Assembly: GCA_030248215.1 (NCBI GenBank) | Contig: JASANG010003752.1 | Location: 248,001-312,000 of the forward strand | From: Enoplolaimus lenunculus | Lineage: Eukaryota | DNA: 64,000 nt | Reading direction: 5' to 3' | In this document: positions 1 through 14,486 of the stretch, in pieces | Layout of the letters: the number at the start of each line of letters is the position of its first letter | Position numbering within the stretch: position 1 is the first letter of the stretch | The notes under the pieces: model-generated | Databases searched by the model: none | What the model saw: only the letters and a program-made list of their open reading frames with translations | Told to the model about the DNA's origin: nothing | Made by a program: the position numbers and the translations under genes

Positions 1-384
1 TATTCCAATTTTAATTCACGATGCTTAAAGTACAGATAAAATATAACAATGCAACACTATAAAGGAGAATATTTAAACGCTAACAACAATGAAAATTCAT
101 AATTTCATGAGAACGGTTCATTTTAATTAATTATTTCCACACACAACCCCAAGAGAGCACAGTTTCCATGATCAGACTACAGGTATACACCAACAAGTAA
201 AATTTATAGCATTACAACTCACTGTTATATGCGAAAAGTATCGGCAAGGGTTTGCAGCGCAGATGCCGATACTTACGGAAAGTGCCAATTATAACCAATA
301 CCGATTAATGTGCAATCAATTATATGATAGATAGGTGCTCTTCATACGCATATACGATGCGAAGATATTGCTTCAATCCCTTAC

Positions 385-709
385 CTGGCACAAAAGTTTT
401 TACAATGCAATGCGGGCCAAGAGACGTGCGCAACAGCCAGTCAGCAACTGTAGGTAATATAGCAGCAAATGGATAAATACCAAAATTTCTCGAACCCCTT
501 TTGTTTACTGCTTTACGAATTAATTTATGCGAATTTGTTGACCAGAATCCAGTGGTAACGAAGCCAATGTCAACATAATACATTAATGCAAACAATAGCA
601 CAAATATATTGAGTTTAAATAGTAGTTTTCTCTGTGATAAAATGTATGCGTGAACTATTCCGCAATGGACATCTGAGGTTATGGGTAGGGCCAGAATATT
701 AACATAAAT
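385..709 (-). CDS. Possible internal coding exon of an unidentified minus-strand gene
   Basis: Stop-free for 108 codons between a good acceptor (CCTTCTTCAG, exon starts 709) and a good donor (CCAG|GTAAGG, exon ends 385); includes a hydrophobic stretch (LNIFVLLFALMYYV). No family recognised and partner exons not found. Confidence 0.25.
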
Positions 710-1762
710 CTGAAGAAGGAAAATAGCACGTGATTTCTGTTTTCCACTACATGGACACCTGACTTATACCAATTTTAAGAACTTTTTAGTTTCTACATAA
801 TTTTAATACTTACTTTTCTGTAAAAATTAGTAACAACATTAGCAAACGAAAATAATGCACGAGTAGACGCTAGCCAGTTGATTTCACCAGTACTGCATAT
901 TAGCAACATAATATATAAAATAAAACACAGTTAATTAAACTACGCTGCATGAGAAGTAATACTTTACATACTAGTATATGATATACTATATAAAAGTAAT
1001 GTTCACATGTTATCTTCACCGCATAATGCTCGATGTCTTCTGAAAGTGTTGGTTTCATGAGGTAAACATTTATGTATTATATATATAATGTTTTGTGTTG
1101 TAGCAAGTCAAAGATTTGACTTCTATGTTTAAGAGAAGAGCTTGCCGATAGGTACTCCTCGAACTCCTGACTGTTTTATAAGACGGTTTACGTAAAAGTA
1201 GACTTTAATTCTTTTATTACGCATTTAAAAGTTAGTTTGTAGTTCATTTCCCGCTATTATTGTCGGGTCTACATTTTTTCTGACATACCATGCGGTTTGA
1301 AGTAATACGTATAACCTTTTACAGACTTTTAGTACACAAACCTTTTTTTACATGCTGCAAAAAAAGTTTAGTTTATACATTAATTCTGTTGGTTTATTTT
1401 TGCAAAAAAATAATACATGCAATGCATATATACTGGGCGCAGTTGGGAATAAGTCATTTTAATTGTGTAGCTAGTTGGAAGGGATTTTGTAATTGTAATA
1501 AATCACAGCGAAACCAAAGTACGTTATAAGTTTTTATCGGAATATATTAAAAATATTAAGTAGCATTAGCTTCAATCTTAAATCCTCCTTTGCCGCCTTA
1601 AACCTTCTCTCCCCGTGTATACAACAGATCATGAGCATAGTTTTACACTTTGAAATAACTATAAAATTTCTGCATCAGTGTTTCCTTTGACTCGTACAAA
1701 ATACCTACTTTACCTTCAGTATATTTGCCCACTTGACTGCTATTTAAATCTTTGTATTACTG

Positions 1763-4191
<2,429 letters not shown>

Positions 4192-4497
4192 ATGTTTCCA
4201 ACAGTATTGGTTACTGATACAATGTGACCTGTAGATTAACTTCAAGAGAAACGTTGTGGAAGCAGATTTACGAAGAAGGACGAATATAACTATTTTCTTA
4301 TCTGCGTGTAGCACCTATCGCCAGTTAGTCTGGGTTTTCAAGCAAGCAAAAGACAGCAGTTGTAAATCTCGAAAATTGCGTAGAAGTAAATCAAGTCATA
4401 AATATCAGTATATACCTGATACAAGTGCTTAATTTGAAAACTGAAAGTTTCAAAACATTGCCAACTATAGATAGCTGCTGTACTCATTTGAGAATAA

Positions 4498-5089
4498 AGC
4501 CCTGTTTACTCATGCAAGTTTTTGCAGCGAGAGCTCGCAGTTGCAACTTGCACCCAATACTTGCATCTGCAAGTATTTGTAAAAAATCAACTTTCATTCT
4601 GAATTTTGACATGAATTTTCATAACCTATACTCAATCAGTTCGGCCAATGATGATAAATTAATTCGACTTGCAAAGGTATTCATACCTACGAATTAATTC
4701 TTCGCGCAAGCCAGCTACAAGTTTCAGATGTAAGAAACATTCACGCGTAAAGAAGATTACTTGAAAATTTTTGACTTGAAAAGGCTTTCATTCCGATGCA
4801 ATTTCTATTTAATGTAAAACTTGTACCTTCGCTATTGCCGTCCGCTGCGCAATATCAAACAAGTTAGACATTTGATTTAATTCAAACTTCTTGAATAAAT
4901 TCAAAAACATTTTCTGATTGGCCAATAACAATGCGGGTGCAAAAACTTCAAAGCTGTTTTGTAACCATCTGGCAGATGCAACCTGCATGTGCAAGTTTTT
5001 GCTGCAAAAACTTGTGCGTGTTGTGAGTAGAGTTTTTGCTAAAAGGTGTGCAAGTTTGGTTACAAAAACTTGCTCGTGTGAATAGGGTT
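4498..5089. mobile_element. PIF/Harbinger-type MITE
   Basis: Ends AGCCCTGTTTACTC...GTGTGAATAGGGTT, preceded by TAA; same family as the copy at 62489-62759. Confidence 0.6.
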
Positions 5090-5128
5090 TTTATAAAGGG
5101 CATTAATTTTTCACGTGATTGTGATTGT

Positions 5129-5310
5129 GGCCAATGTTACTTTCAGGGGTGTAGTAGTAGGTTAAGCGTATTTCTAAGCCTAAGAGTTGCAAAGGTGTGT
5201 TCCTAAGCGTAAGCTAAGCCTAAGCATAAGCAAAAATGTAATCTAGAATCTAATCCTACTCTTTTACAGATCCATCAGAAATTTGGACGCCCTAAAACTA
5301 ACATTTGGCC
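5129..5310. mobile_element. MITE with GGCCAATGTTAC TIRs and a degenerate GCCTAA (TTAGGC) hexamer core
   Basis: Left GGCCAATGTTACTTTCAGGG versus right CCCTAAAACTAACATTTGGCC; interior CTAAGCGTAAGCTAAGCCTAAGCATAAG. Related cores at about 7330-7420, 11018-11150 and inverted at about 15350-15420. Confidence 0.6.
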
Positions 5311-6295
5311 GTGGTGGTAAAATAGTTTTGTGAAGCATTTTCTTTTGTATATCGTCGTTGTGGAAGATGCTTCAGGTGTAGCAAAATTTGCCGGAGCCGT
5401 AGCCGGAGGTGAGGGGAAATTATGTAAGTGTTGTTTAATTTGCTAATTTTAGCAAATAAATATCTGTATTAGGTGTTGTTTAACCTTTTGGATTTACACG
5501 TATTTTTTACAAAATTTGCACAATCTTTTACTAGAAATTCTATCAAATCTTAGAATGAAACGCCCCAAGAACCTTTGTAAAATTATGAAAATTTCAATGC
5601 CGAAGTTGCCGAAACCGGCAGAAATGTTACCGAATCCGGAAGTCGATTTTCTGCCGGAGCTGGAGGCAGAGCTCCGCTGGTCCATGTTACGATAAAGACC
5701 GTCCTATTGCCCCGGGACCGCAACGTACCTGAAGTGCAAACGTGTTTTCCTGTATACATATGCGCTGCCAAATATAAGCTGTCTGAACTGTGTTATTGTG
5801 ACAACTGTCGCGCTGTCTCAACTGTCCTGCTGTTCCGTTGTCCTAACTCCCTTGTCCCCACTGTCCCATTGTTGTGTGTACTCCTGGTGCGTTGCTGTCC
5901 CTCAATCGATTGTTACTGTGCTGACCTGAATAAAAGTGGACTGCTGTTCATGTTACCTCTCCTTAGTGTTAATTCACATCTAGTTGGACACATCACCGTT
6001 CATTAATGTTTTTTTCGGATTTATTAAAGTTTATGCGGGTTACATGATGTGAGATACACGTTGTAACCGGGATAGGCTGGTCACGGTTTCTCCCATGTTG
6101 GTTAGACGTAAACGTTAAAATTCGGGCTCTTGGATAACTGACAAAACACGAATGCCGTATGTCACTAGGTAAGAAACCACCGTTCTCAAATGTTCAACGT
6201 GTATAATATGTCGCGTGATACTGTGCGACATTTTATGCAAATATATGATATTCCAAAATTTGGCCAATGTAACGAACAGGGGCGGTACAGTACTA

Positions 6296-7322
6296 AAGGT
6301 CCCATGTATAGAACAGGTCCCTCCCAATTTCCCGGGTAATATCCCAATTTTCCTTATTTCCTAATTTCCCAGGTAACATCCCAATTCCCCAAAATCGCAA
6401 TATCCCGATTAATATTCCAATTCCCCGGGTATTATCCAAATTTCCCAAACTAGCAGTATCACGTGTCATTTGTCAATTTTCCTTGTGAAATCCAAATATT
6501 CTGGAAAAAGTTATGGTGTATACATTGGGTCGGGCGTAGGTTTGACGGAACCATAGACAGACGGGCCCATGTTACGCTGAGGGCTGTTCCGCTGATAGCG
6601 GGACAATAGGACAGCGGGACAGTAAGGGCAGTAGGAAAGCTGGACAGTAAGACAGCGGGACAGTAGGGTAGCGGGACAGCGGACAATGGGACAGTAGGAC
6701 AGCGGTACAGTGGGACGGTAGGACAGCGGGACAGTATGCTGCCCATGTTACGCTGAGGGCCGTCCCGCTGTACCGGGGCAGCGGGACCGTAGGACAGCGG
6801 GACAGTAGGGCAAATTCCGAGCGAAAAACGTTGCGCCCAAAATTCCGATCGAAAAACGCCGCGCTCAAAATCCCAATTTCCCGGGTAATATCCCAAAATC
6901 CCGAGCAGAAAACGCGCCCAAAACCCTATTTCTCGGGCATATATATATATCCGAATTTCCCAAAATCCCGAGCGAAAAACGCTGCGCCCAAAATCCCGAG
7001 AGAAGCGCTGCGCCCAAAATCCCGAGCGAAAAACGCGGCGCCCAAAATCCCAATTTTCCAAAATCCAAATTTTCCTAAATCCCAAGCGAAAAACGCTGGG
7101 CCCAAAATCCCGAGCGAAAAACGCTGCGCCCAAAATCCCAATTTCCCATAATCCCGAGCGAAAAACGCTGCGCCCAAAATCCCAATTTCCCATAATCCCG
7201 AGCGAAAAACGCTGCGCCCAAAATACCAATTTCCCGGGTAATATCCGAATTTCCCAAAATCCCCATTCCCCGGGTATATAATATCAGCGGATTTGGGAGG
7301 AACCTCTTCAGTACATGGGCCG
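6296..7322. repeat. TIR-bounded element filled with tandem arrays (CCCAAAATCCCGAGCGAAAAACGCTGCG-type and GGGACAGCGGGACAGTA-type units)
   Basis: About 30-bp imperfect TIRs GGTCCCATGTATAGAACAGGTCCCTCCCAA / TTGGGAGGAACCTCTTCAGTACATGGGCC, with TA one base beyond the right end. The repetitive ORFs in the track here come from these arrays. Confidence 0.65.
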
Positions 7323-8406
7323 TATTAAAGCATATTCCTAAGCCTAATTCAAAGTTTAAATCTAATTGTAAGAATAAGTTTATGCCTAAGCCAAGCCAAA
7401 AAATTAGTTTAAAGCTTAAGGTTATTCTATTCTAGTCCCACAGAAAAATGTTCCGCCCCTGATCTTTACATGGGCGCAAAATTTCAATGAATATCGTATG
7501 ATATTCAGCGGAACAGTGTAATCGTTGGGTACTAATGAATTAATGGAAGATTGGAGTGCTTTAAATACAAAATACACGCCTGCGAATCGTTTCCGACAAA
7601 AAATCGCTTAGAACCGCAGCTTCAGAATTCAAAATTTTAAATTCTAGTATGATATTCAACAGGACACTTCGGATATGTTACCTGAAGTTGGCAGACATTT
7701 GAAAATAATATGATATTCGCAGACAATACCTCGAATATATATCATATATATTGAAGAACAAAAGGTGACCCACACACGACACATCAGACAAGTGCGAGTT
7801 TTTGAATACGATATGGGGCGTAAACCGGCAAAATGTACCCATAGTCTAATAGGGACAAAACGTGTCTCAAGCTTTGCCGGTTATAACGCGAACCCCGCAA
7901 GTGTTACTTATTTGAGCATCTAGGCCAATCTGTTTTGGCGCCTTTTTCGAAGTCTAATTAGGCCTTTAAAAGGTTTATCCACTGACCAACTATTTGGGAT
8001 TGATCCGATGAGTAAGCAACGTAAATCTGTGTGCGGAAAAATTAGCAACAGTCAAGCTCTCGAAATACTGAAAGAAATCGAAAAGAAATTTCGGTGTCGA
8101 AAAGGCGTCATATCATGGTGATCTACTGCGATCTACTGCGACTTATTTTTCACTCAAAGCAGACGACAAAAGCTTGCTGTGGAAAGAGTTCAATTTGATG
8201 ACAAAGTCCTAACGTCTAGGGCAACGGGCTTAATCACAGGAACTTTTCATATCTTCGGCGTCCCGCTAGATGTCTCTGCTAGCACTCCACACGTTTCTAA
8301 AGAGCCAAGAGGTATATTGTTTGCAACCTAGGTAGTTATAAATGGAAAGCCAGAAACATTGACTCCCCGGGTAGGAGTTTTGTTGCACAAACATTATACG
8401 CCCATC

Positions 8407-10601
8407 GGCCCATGTTACTATAAAGGCCGCCCCAATTTCCCGGGACACAAATATACCCGGAGTGCACACTTATGCGCTCCTGTTTACATATGCAAAGGCA
8501 GATATATTTACGTAGTATATATATAATATACATATTATAAATATATATATACATATATATAATATATATAATATATAGGGTAAACACGGGTTTTCCCAAC
8601 ACTGCAAAAACCTACGATATTCCCGACACACTTAGATTGAAAGGCAGCTATCTCTGCAAAAGTTTATCAAACCCAACTGCGTAAAACATTATTTTATAGA
8701 GCAAAGTGTATACTATTCATTTATAAACCAATCTTATTACATAGCTAGTTTTGTTATAAACCCGGTAATGTTATAAAACTGACCCTTTTTTCACTGTTTT
8801 ATGACTTTTGGGCGCTAAAACTTTCAGAATGTTTAGGTTGTATTTGACCGCAAAACATCAAATACCTTGTAAAATTTTTACACCATAGCTACTGCGAGAC
8901 TCTGAAAATTGAGTCGCTGCCAAGATTTTGTTTTTATGTGCAAATTTCATCTAGTAGGGTCCTCGTTCAATCCTGACACACACTCACGGTATTCCCGACA
9001 TGCAGGAAAAACCCGACACAAACGAAACTTATGCTAAATAGCTTGAATTAGGTCCAAATCATAGCGTTTTAAAACTGCATTACATAATTTTACAGACTAA
9101 TTGACTTAATACGAGTTTAATTATGGTTCGTGTAAAAATTTGCGGAAGAGTTAGATGTTACAATGAAGGACCAACCCGTCTTCCCCGTGCTCGCAAATCA
9201 GTGAGAAGTAATGCTAATCGCTCAAATACGCAAGCAACAACGCGCAGTTGCAACGTTAACCGCGGTCATGTCCAGCAGTGGCTAGAAGCTAACATGGAGG
9301 CTGCGCTGAATGAAATGGAACAACGTTATCAAAGCGAGTTTTCGTCCATGACTCGTGATGACGCGCTGAGTATGAATTTGTTTTTTGTTTTCGTTTGTAA
9401 TTTTGTTAAGAAATTGTGAAAATCACCGTTGTTGCTTGAATGGTTAACTGTAAAAATTGCTCTGAATTTAGAAACAACCTACATGATACTCAGTGAACGT
9501 AAAATGCTGTAATAACAGATTGATTGTCTGTGTGGAAAAATAAATATGCTGTTTAAGTGCCAAAAGTAATTACCATTTTTTAATCGTGTGTATTCAAAAT
9601 AATTAAATACTTTCGTATTTTGAAAAATTAATAAAATACCAGTTTGCTGAAGACAATTAAAATTTTTTGTTATATAAGTAACGTAGTTCTTCAGAAAAAT
9701 TCAACGTCATGTCTCTAGCGGCGACTCATACGGTCAAGCGCACAACACTTCGAAGTAGATTCTTGGATGGCTCGTTGAACTCTAAACACACGTTGGGTAG
9801 ACGTTCGGTGTTCACACCCGAACAAGAGCAGGAGTTCACCAACCTGATCATCGAAAGACAAGAATCTGGATTCCCGTTCGATATCGTTGGTGTTAAGAAA
9901 CTGCCGTATCAATATGCCAAGGTAAACAAAATAAACCAAAATTTTAGCGACAGAAACGAAATGGCTGGACACGATTGGTGGCTCGGGTTCAAAGCAAGAA
10001 ACCGAGATTTGACTGTTAGAATTCCGGAAAACTTAGAAAACGAATTGAAGAGTTCTTTGGACAGGCGGAAACGTTGTACAATAGGTATGGTGTGGCTGAA
10101 AAGCCACATTTGATTTTTAACGTTGACGAATCTGGGTTAGTTATTGTTCCTAACAAACCGGCTAAAGTGGTTGCGAAACGGGGTGCTCGCGATGTTTCAG
10201 TTCCTGTTACTTCTGAAAAAGGGGCCACACACAATTATTGCTTGGTGCAGCGCTTCTGGAACTTTTGTTCCTCCGCTAATAATTTTTCCAGGATTGAAAA
10301 CTCCTAGCTCAGCTGTGAAAGAACACTTTCCCGAAGGAAGCTTAGTAACATGCACAAAAAATGGCTGGAGCGACAGGCACGTTTTTGCAGATTTATGGCT
10401 GCCACATTTTGTTAAAAACATGCCCCCGATGGGCTCAGGTGAGCGATGCATTCTTATTTTGGACAACCATAGCAGTCATACTACTGCGGAGGCGTTTGCA
10501 TTAGCTCGCAAACATGGGATTGTTCTTATGGGAATACCATCACATACATCTCACTGTCTTCAACCGCTTGACGTTGGCTTTTTTAAATATATATACCTAT
10601 A

Positions 10602-10652
<51 letters not shown>

Positions 10653-10897
10653 CATATTATATATCCTACGTAAATATTTCTGCCTGTGCATCTGTCCCAT
10701 CTGCCCCATCTGTCTCATCTGTCCCATCTGTCCCAAGTGTCCCATCTGCCCCAGCTGTCCCAACTGTTCCGCTGTCCCAATTATATTTTTGCAATGTATA
10801 TACTCCTGGTACGTTGTTGTCCCGGGAAAATGGGACGGGTACTCCTGGTACATTTCTGTCCCGGGAAAATGGGACAGCCTTTAAAGTAACATTGGCC
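8407..10897. mobile_element. Foldback/MITE with long inverted arms and (TA)n inner ends enclosing a pogo remnant
   Basis: Left arm 8407-8515 and right arm 10666-10897 are inverted copies (GGCCCATGTTACTATAAAGGCCGCCCCAATTTCCCGGGAC versus reverse complement GGCCAATGTTACTTTAAAGGCTGTCCCATTTTCCCGGGAC; both inner ends CTACGTAAATAT next to (TA)n). Confidence 0.6.
8578..10587 (+). pseudogene. pogo-family (Tc1/mariner superfamily) DD35D transposase remnant, frameshifted and 3'-truncated
   Basis: psq-like HTH (QQWLEANMEAAL...VKRTTL), CENP-B-type HTH (GRRSVFTPEQE...AGHDWWLGFKARN), catalytic motifs IFNVDESG, NGWSD, ILDNHSSH and 35 residues later QPLD; at least two frameshifts and an interruption of about 360 bp; ends abruptly in (TA)n. 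Confidence 0.85.
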
Positions 10898-11182
10898 CAC
10901 CCATCAAATGTCACATGTATTTCGGCGGACTGAAGCGCGTTTTAAACAAGGTTTCATAAATGTTGTTCGAGTGTAATATCCCAATATGCCTTACTTCTGT
11001 AAATCTTGTAACAAATGGTAAGCCTAAGCCTAAGTGTTGCAAAAGCGTATTCCTAAGCCTAAAACTAAGACTAAGCTAAAAATGTAGTCTAAAATGTAAG
11101 CATACTCTTAATATACAGACCCACCACAAACCGGGACGGCCCTAAAAGTATGGGCCGCTTTTTGTCTGAAAATGGACCGTCT

Positions 11183-11945
11183 GTGCTATGCATTGGTCTT
11201 TATGCGCCGTCACAACCTGCTGACAGGGCGGGTTTTTACGGTGTATGACAATATAACGAAATTGATTGTTTTACAACTTTCCAACTTTTGTTTTATGCTG
11301 GTGATTTTTATGTTGTTGAAAACACTATTTTGGATCAATCGTTGCCAGGCAACGATGGTCAGACTGGAGTTGCAGAGATCTCGCTTTGATCGAATTTTAT
11401 ACTACGTATTTTAGAAACATCGCTCTGTACCGCAAGAAGTGTAAATCTAACAGACCACAGGCTTTTTCGAATCAAAGTTAACATGGGAAATTTGAGTCGC
11501 GGACGTGGGTACTATAAGTTAAACATCCTTCATTTATCAGACCCTGATATATAACTCTTCATAAAGTGAATGCATCAGTTTCCTGCAGCAATCAACCTGG
11601 AATATGGACAATTTTAATGAGATTAAGTATTTTTCATAAGTTAGAAAAACAAGTCTAAACATAGGAATATATCGTGTAAAAAAGATCAAGAGCTCAGGGT
11701 AAGGAACAAGGGAACTTGTGCCATCTTATTAATAGTAAGTACCCTGATGAGCCAGTCTTCAAAACGGTGTTGAAACTTTTGAATGCTGAAATTGAACTGC
11801 TCAATATAAACTTTTATATTGCTAATTGTAGGCATCAGATGTTGCTATAGTGATTTTGTCGACGTTAGATTATCACTTAATGGCCAAATCGTTACAAAGG
11901 AAAAGTTGGGAACAACGTTATTTGTTGCCCATACGACCTCTTCTG
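11183..11945 (+). mobile_element. Decayed L1/Tx1-type LINE endonuclease fragment
   Basis: Motifs in the expected order across frames: GLYAPSQPADRAGFY, AGDFYVVENTILD, SRFDRIL, TDHRLF, RGRGYYKLN; many stops and frameshifts. Confidence 0.55.
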
Positions 11946-12927
11946 GTGAAGTAGTTCGTGATACAACGGCTTGTGAGAAGTTCGTGATTTTAGCTCAGCC
12001 CTGTATCCTGTATCACCTGTATAGTTCTTTACCTCGATGTATGCTTATCGCTCTGATTTAGTAAAACGCGGCCGGTAAATGTTTACTAAAACCCCAACCC
12101 AAATCCTGTATAACACCAATATCCAATATTTAATACAAGAAATTACAGGTTATGCAATTTACTGGATATATATAGATGGGCACCGAATATCCGGATATGT
12201 ATCCGAAATGAAACGTGTATCCGGATATCCGAAATGTTTTTGTGTAGAAAATTTTTTGGAATAATTTGCATGGTTTCACCACCAAAGTAGCTGGAGCTGA
12301 CGAAAAAATTCTGTATCCAAACATCAGTCAGAATATTACCACATTCTTGAATAATTGTTCCATGATGATTCAAAATCTTTATTTCTTCACTAACACTTAC
12401 CAATATTAAAAAACTTCAGATTAGCGTGATATTTATAGGTAAGTTGAAAATCTACGCAATAACTACGGTACGCAGCCACATTTGTACAAGCACGCACGTT
12501 ATTAGTTTTCATACAATCCATAATTGAGTCGCATGAAAGAACAAACAATCCAATCACAACCGGTCCTCGTGTGGAAAATATGAAAATTACAGGATATTTA
12601 CTGTAAAATTGCGTTCAAAATATTTACCATCCCGCCCATTTAGAAATTTTTGGATCCGCTGCTGAAAGCACAACACCAGTAAAGTAACATGGGCTGATGT
12701 TTGCACGACTTAGCGTAAGTGTGTTTCAATCTGATTCTTTGTTCTTGGAACTAAAACGATTCAAGTACATATAGTTCGAGGGAAGGGTTATATTCGATGG
12801 AATCTGTTGCAGTGGTTTAAATATGGCAAAGGACAAGCCAAATGAACTCAATTTAAGTTGTCAACGCAAGTATTTATTTAGTAGTCTGTAGCAATCTTCT
12901 AAACTGAATACTCAGAACTATGAGGTA

Positions 12928-14486
12928 CTGTAGTGACTGTAGGTGTCTGTGCCACTCTTAAATATATTTCAACCTAAAAACTAAAACAAATCTAAAACCA
13001 AACCTAAATCCACACCTTAACGGAGTCCCTGGCTCCGCCTAGTCTCTCTTAGAACTTAAGTTAGGCTTAGGCGCTGCTAAACGGCGTAGAAATGTATAAA
13101 TCGATGCATGGCGGCTGCGTCCGCAAGGTTCAGTATTCAGGGGCCCTGCGTGGCCAACTAATATATTATTGTCAGGCTTAATGCGCGAAATCGCATAGCT
13201 AGGGGTAGGGAGGGGACATTGTTGTTGTGTTCTATTTATGCTAGTGGTAAATATGAGTGTCTCTAAGGGGCCCGAGACGCCCGGGACACTCATAATTATG
13301 CAAATCAATTCCACACGGGGGCTGGGGTAGCCAGCCTCCATAATCATTCTGTTAATTGGCAAGTTACAATATGCGGTGCATTTTTGATTACGACTTTACC
13401 TAGTGGCGGATTTTGGTGGTTATTATTGTGTTTGGAGTTGAATTGCATAGAGACCCGGGCGACTTAGGCAGAAAAGGTGTTTAAACGGAACTGGAGTCAC
13501 GGTAGCTCAATGTGAGCACGGTGAAAACGGCATAATCAGGCAATCGATCTAAAAGCGCATAGCGCGGAGCCTTCGGGCAGTACCAGGGGAACTTGGGGTA
13601 TACTTGGGAAATGTGTTAAGGAGATACTTGGGGTTATTTGGAGTTTACTTGGGATAAGTCGATTCTAGCGGGGCTAGTTTCGGCTGTAGATACTTGGGAG
13701 TTACTTGGGGATTTTGCGGTTATTTGGGAATTTATGGAGAACTTGGGTTGTCACGTTAACGTTTACATTTGTTTTGTACGGTGTGAGCTTGTGACTTAGT
13801 GGAACAACAGGGTTAAGAGTATCGTAGTTGACGTGCGGAAAGCACCTAACAAAGGAACTTTCGGCACATTCGGAGATTAATAAGGTCGGCAGCATAAGCA
13901 TATTACTCGTTTACTTGTGTATATATTCGGTACTTGTGCTTTATTGAATATAGCTTTAACGTGGTGTTGGGAGGGAATAAAAAGGAAAACGACTGCGTTT
14001 ACTGAATCAGAGAGATATAAGCGTCATTGGAATACGGACTTGAACGCGCAGTTGGTGGTTTCAACCCTTAACCGAAATCACGAACTATTCACAGTGACTA
14101 GTGAGTGACCCGAATAAGAGGGGAACTGATATTTATTTGACCTCTCCAGAGGGTACCCCGTTATTCGGTTACGGACTGTTATTTATTTATAACCCGTCCT
14201 CCGCCACACTTCGTTACACATATATCCGGTACTGTAACTAACCCATGAATTGAATGTTTAGTTGCCTTGCATCAGAAGCCTTTGCCACAATGCAAGGTGA
14301 TTATTAGGAACGTACTTTGAAAACTTAAGTACGCTTCAAAGGTTTGAACTCACATTTAATAATTGACGTTTATGGACTCTAATTAGGGTTTAGGGACTCT
14401 ATGCGCCCACAGCCTCTTATTAGGGATATGGACTCCTATTGATTGGGACTCAAAATGGGTACCCCGTATTATTCGGGTCACTACAG
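12928..14486. mobile_element. Tc1/pogo-type MITE with TA target duplication, left TIR split by a solo LTR
   Basis: TA|CTGTAGTGAC ... GTCACTACAG|TA; the rest of the left TIR (GTGACCCGAATAAGAGGGG) resumes at about 14105 and matches the right end CCCCGTATTATTCGGGTCAC. Confidence 0.7.
12938..14093 (+). mobile_element. Solo LTR (about 1.16 kb)
   Basis: TGTAGG...TTCACA termini with 5-bp direct repeat GTGAC on both sides; AATAAA about 110 nt from the right end; internal ACTTGGG tandem motifs. Orientation inferred only from AATAAA. Confidence 0.65.

Noticed and set aside
6820..7260. CRISPR-like appearance of the spaced repeats (also 52930-53124)
   Set aside because: No unique spacers, degenerate units, eukaryotic context and no cas genes.
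6459..7266. Repetitive ORFs of 63-256 aa on both strands
   Set aside because: They are translations of tandem DNA repeats inside a TIR element; open in several frames, no splice structure.
10588..10884. Cys-rich CPICP tail of the 246-aa ORF as a metal-binding domain
   Set aside because: Read-through from the truncated transposase into (TA)n and CTGTCCCAT repeats of the foldback arm.
11743..11780. Hammerhead ribozyme-like CTGATGAG...GAAAC
   Set aside because: Stem II does not close next to GAAAC, no stems I/III found, and it lies inside an L1-type remnant.
13494..13570. tRNA-like GGTAGCTCAATGTGAGCA in the large solo LTR
   Set aside because: Only a D-arm-like motif; no B-box or acceptor stem.
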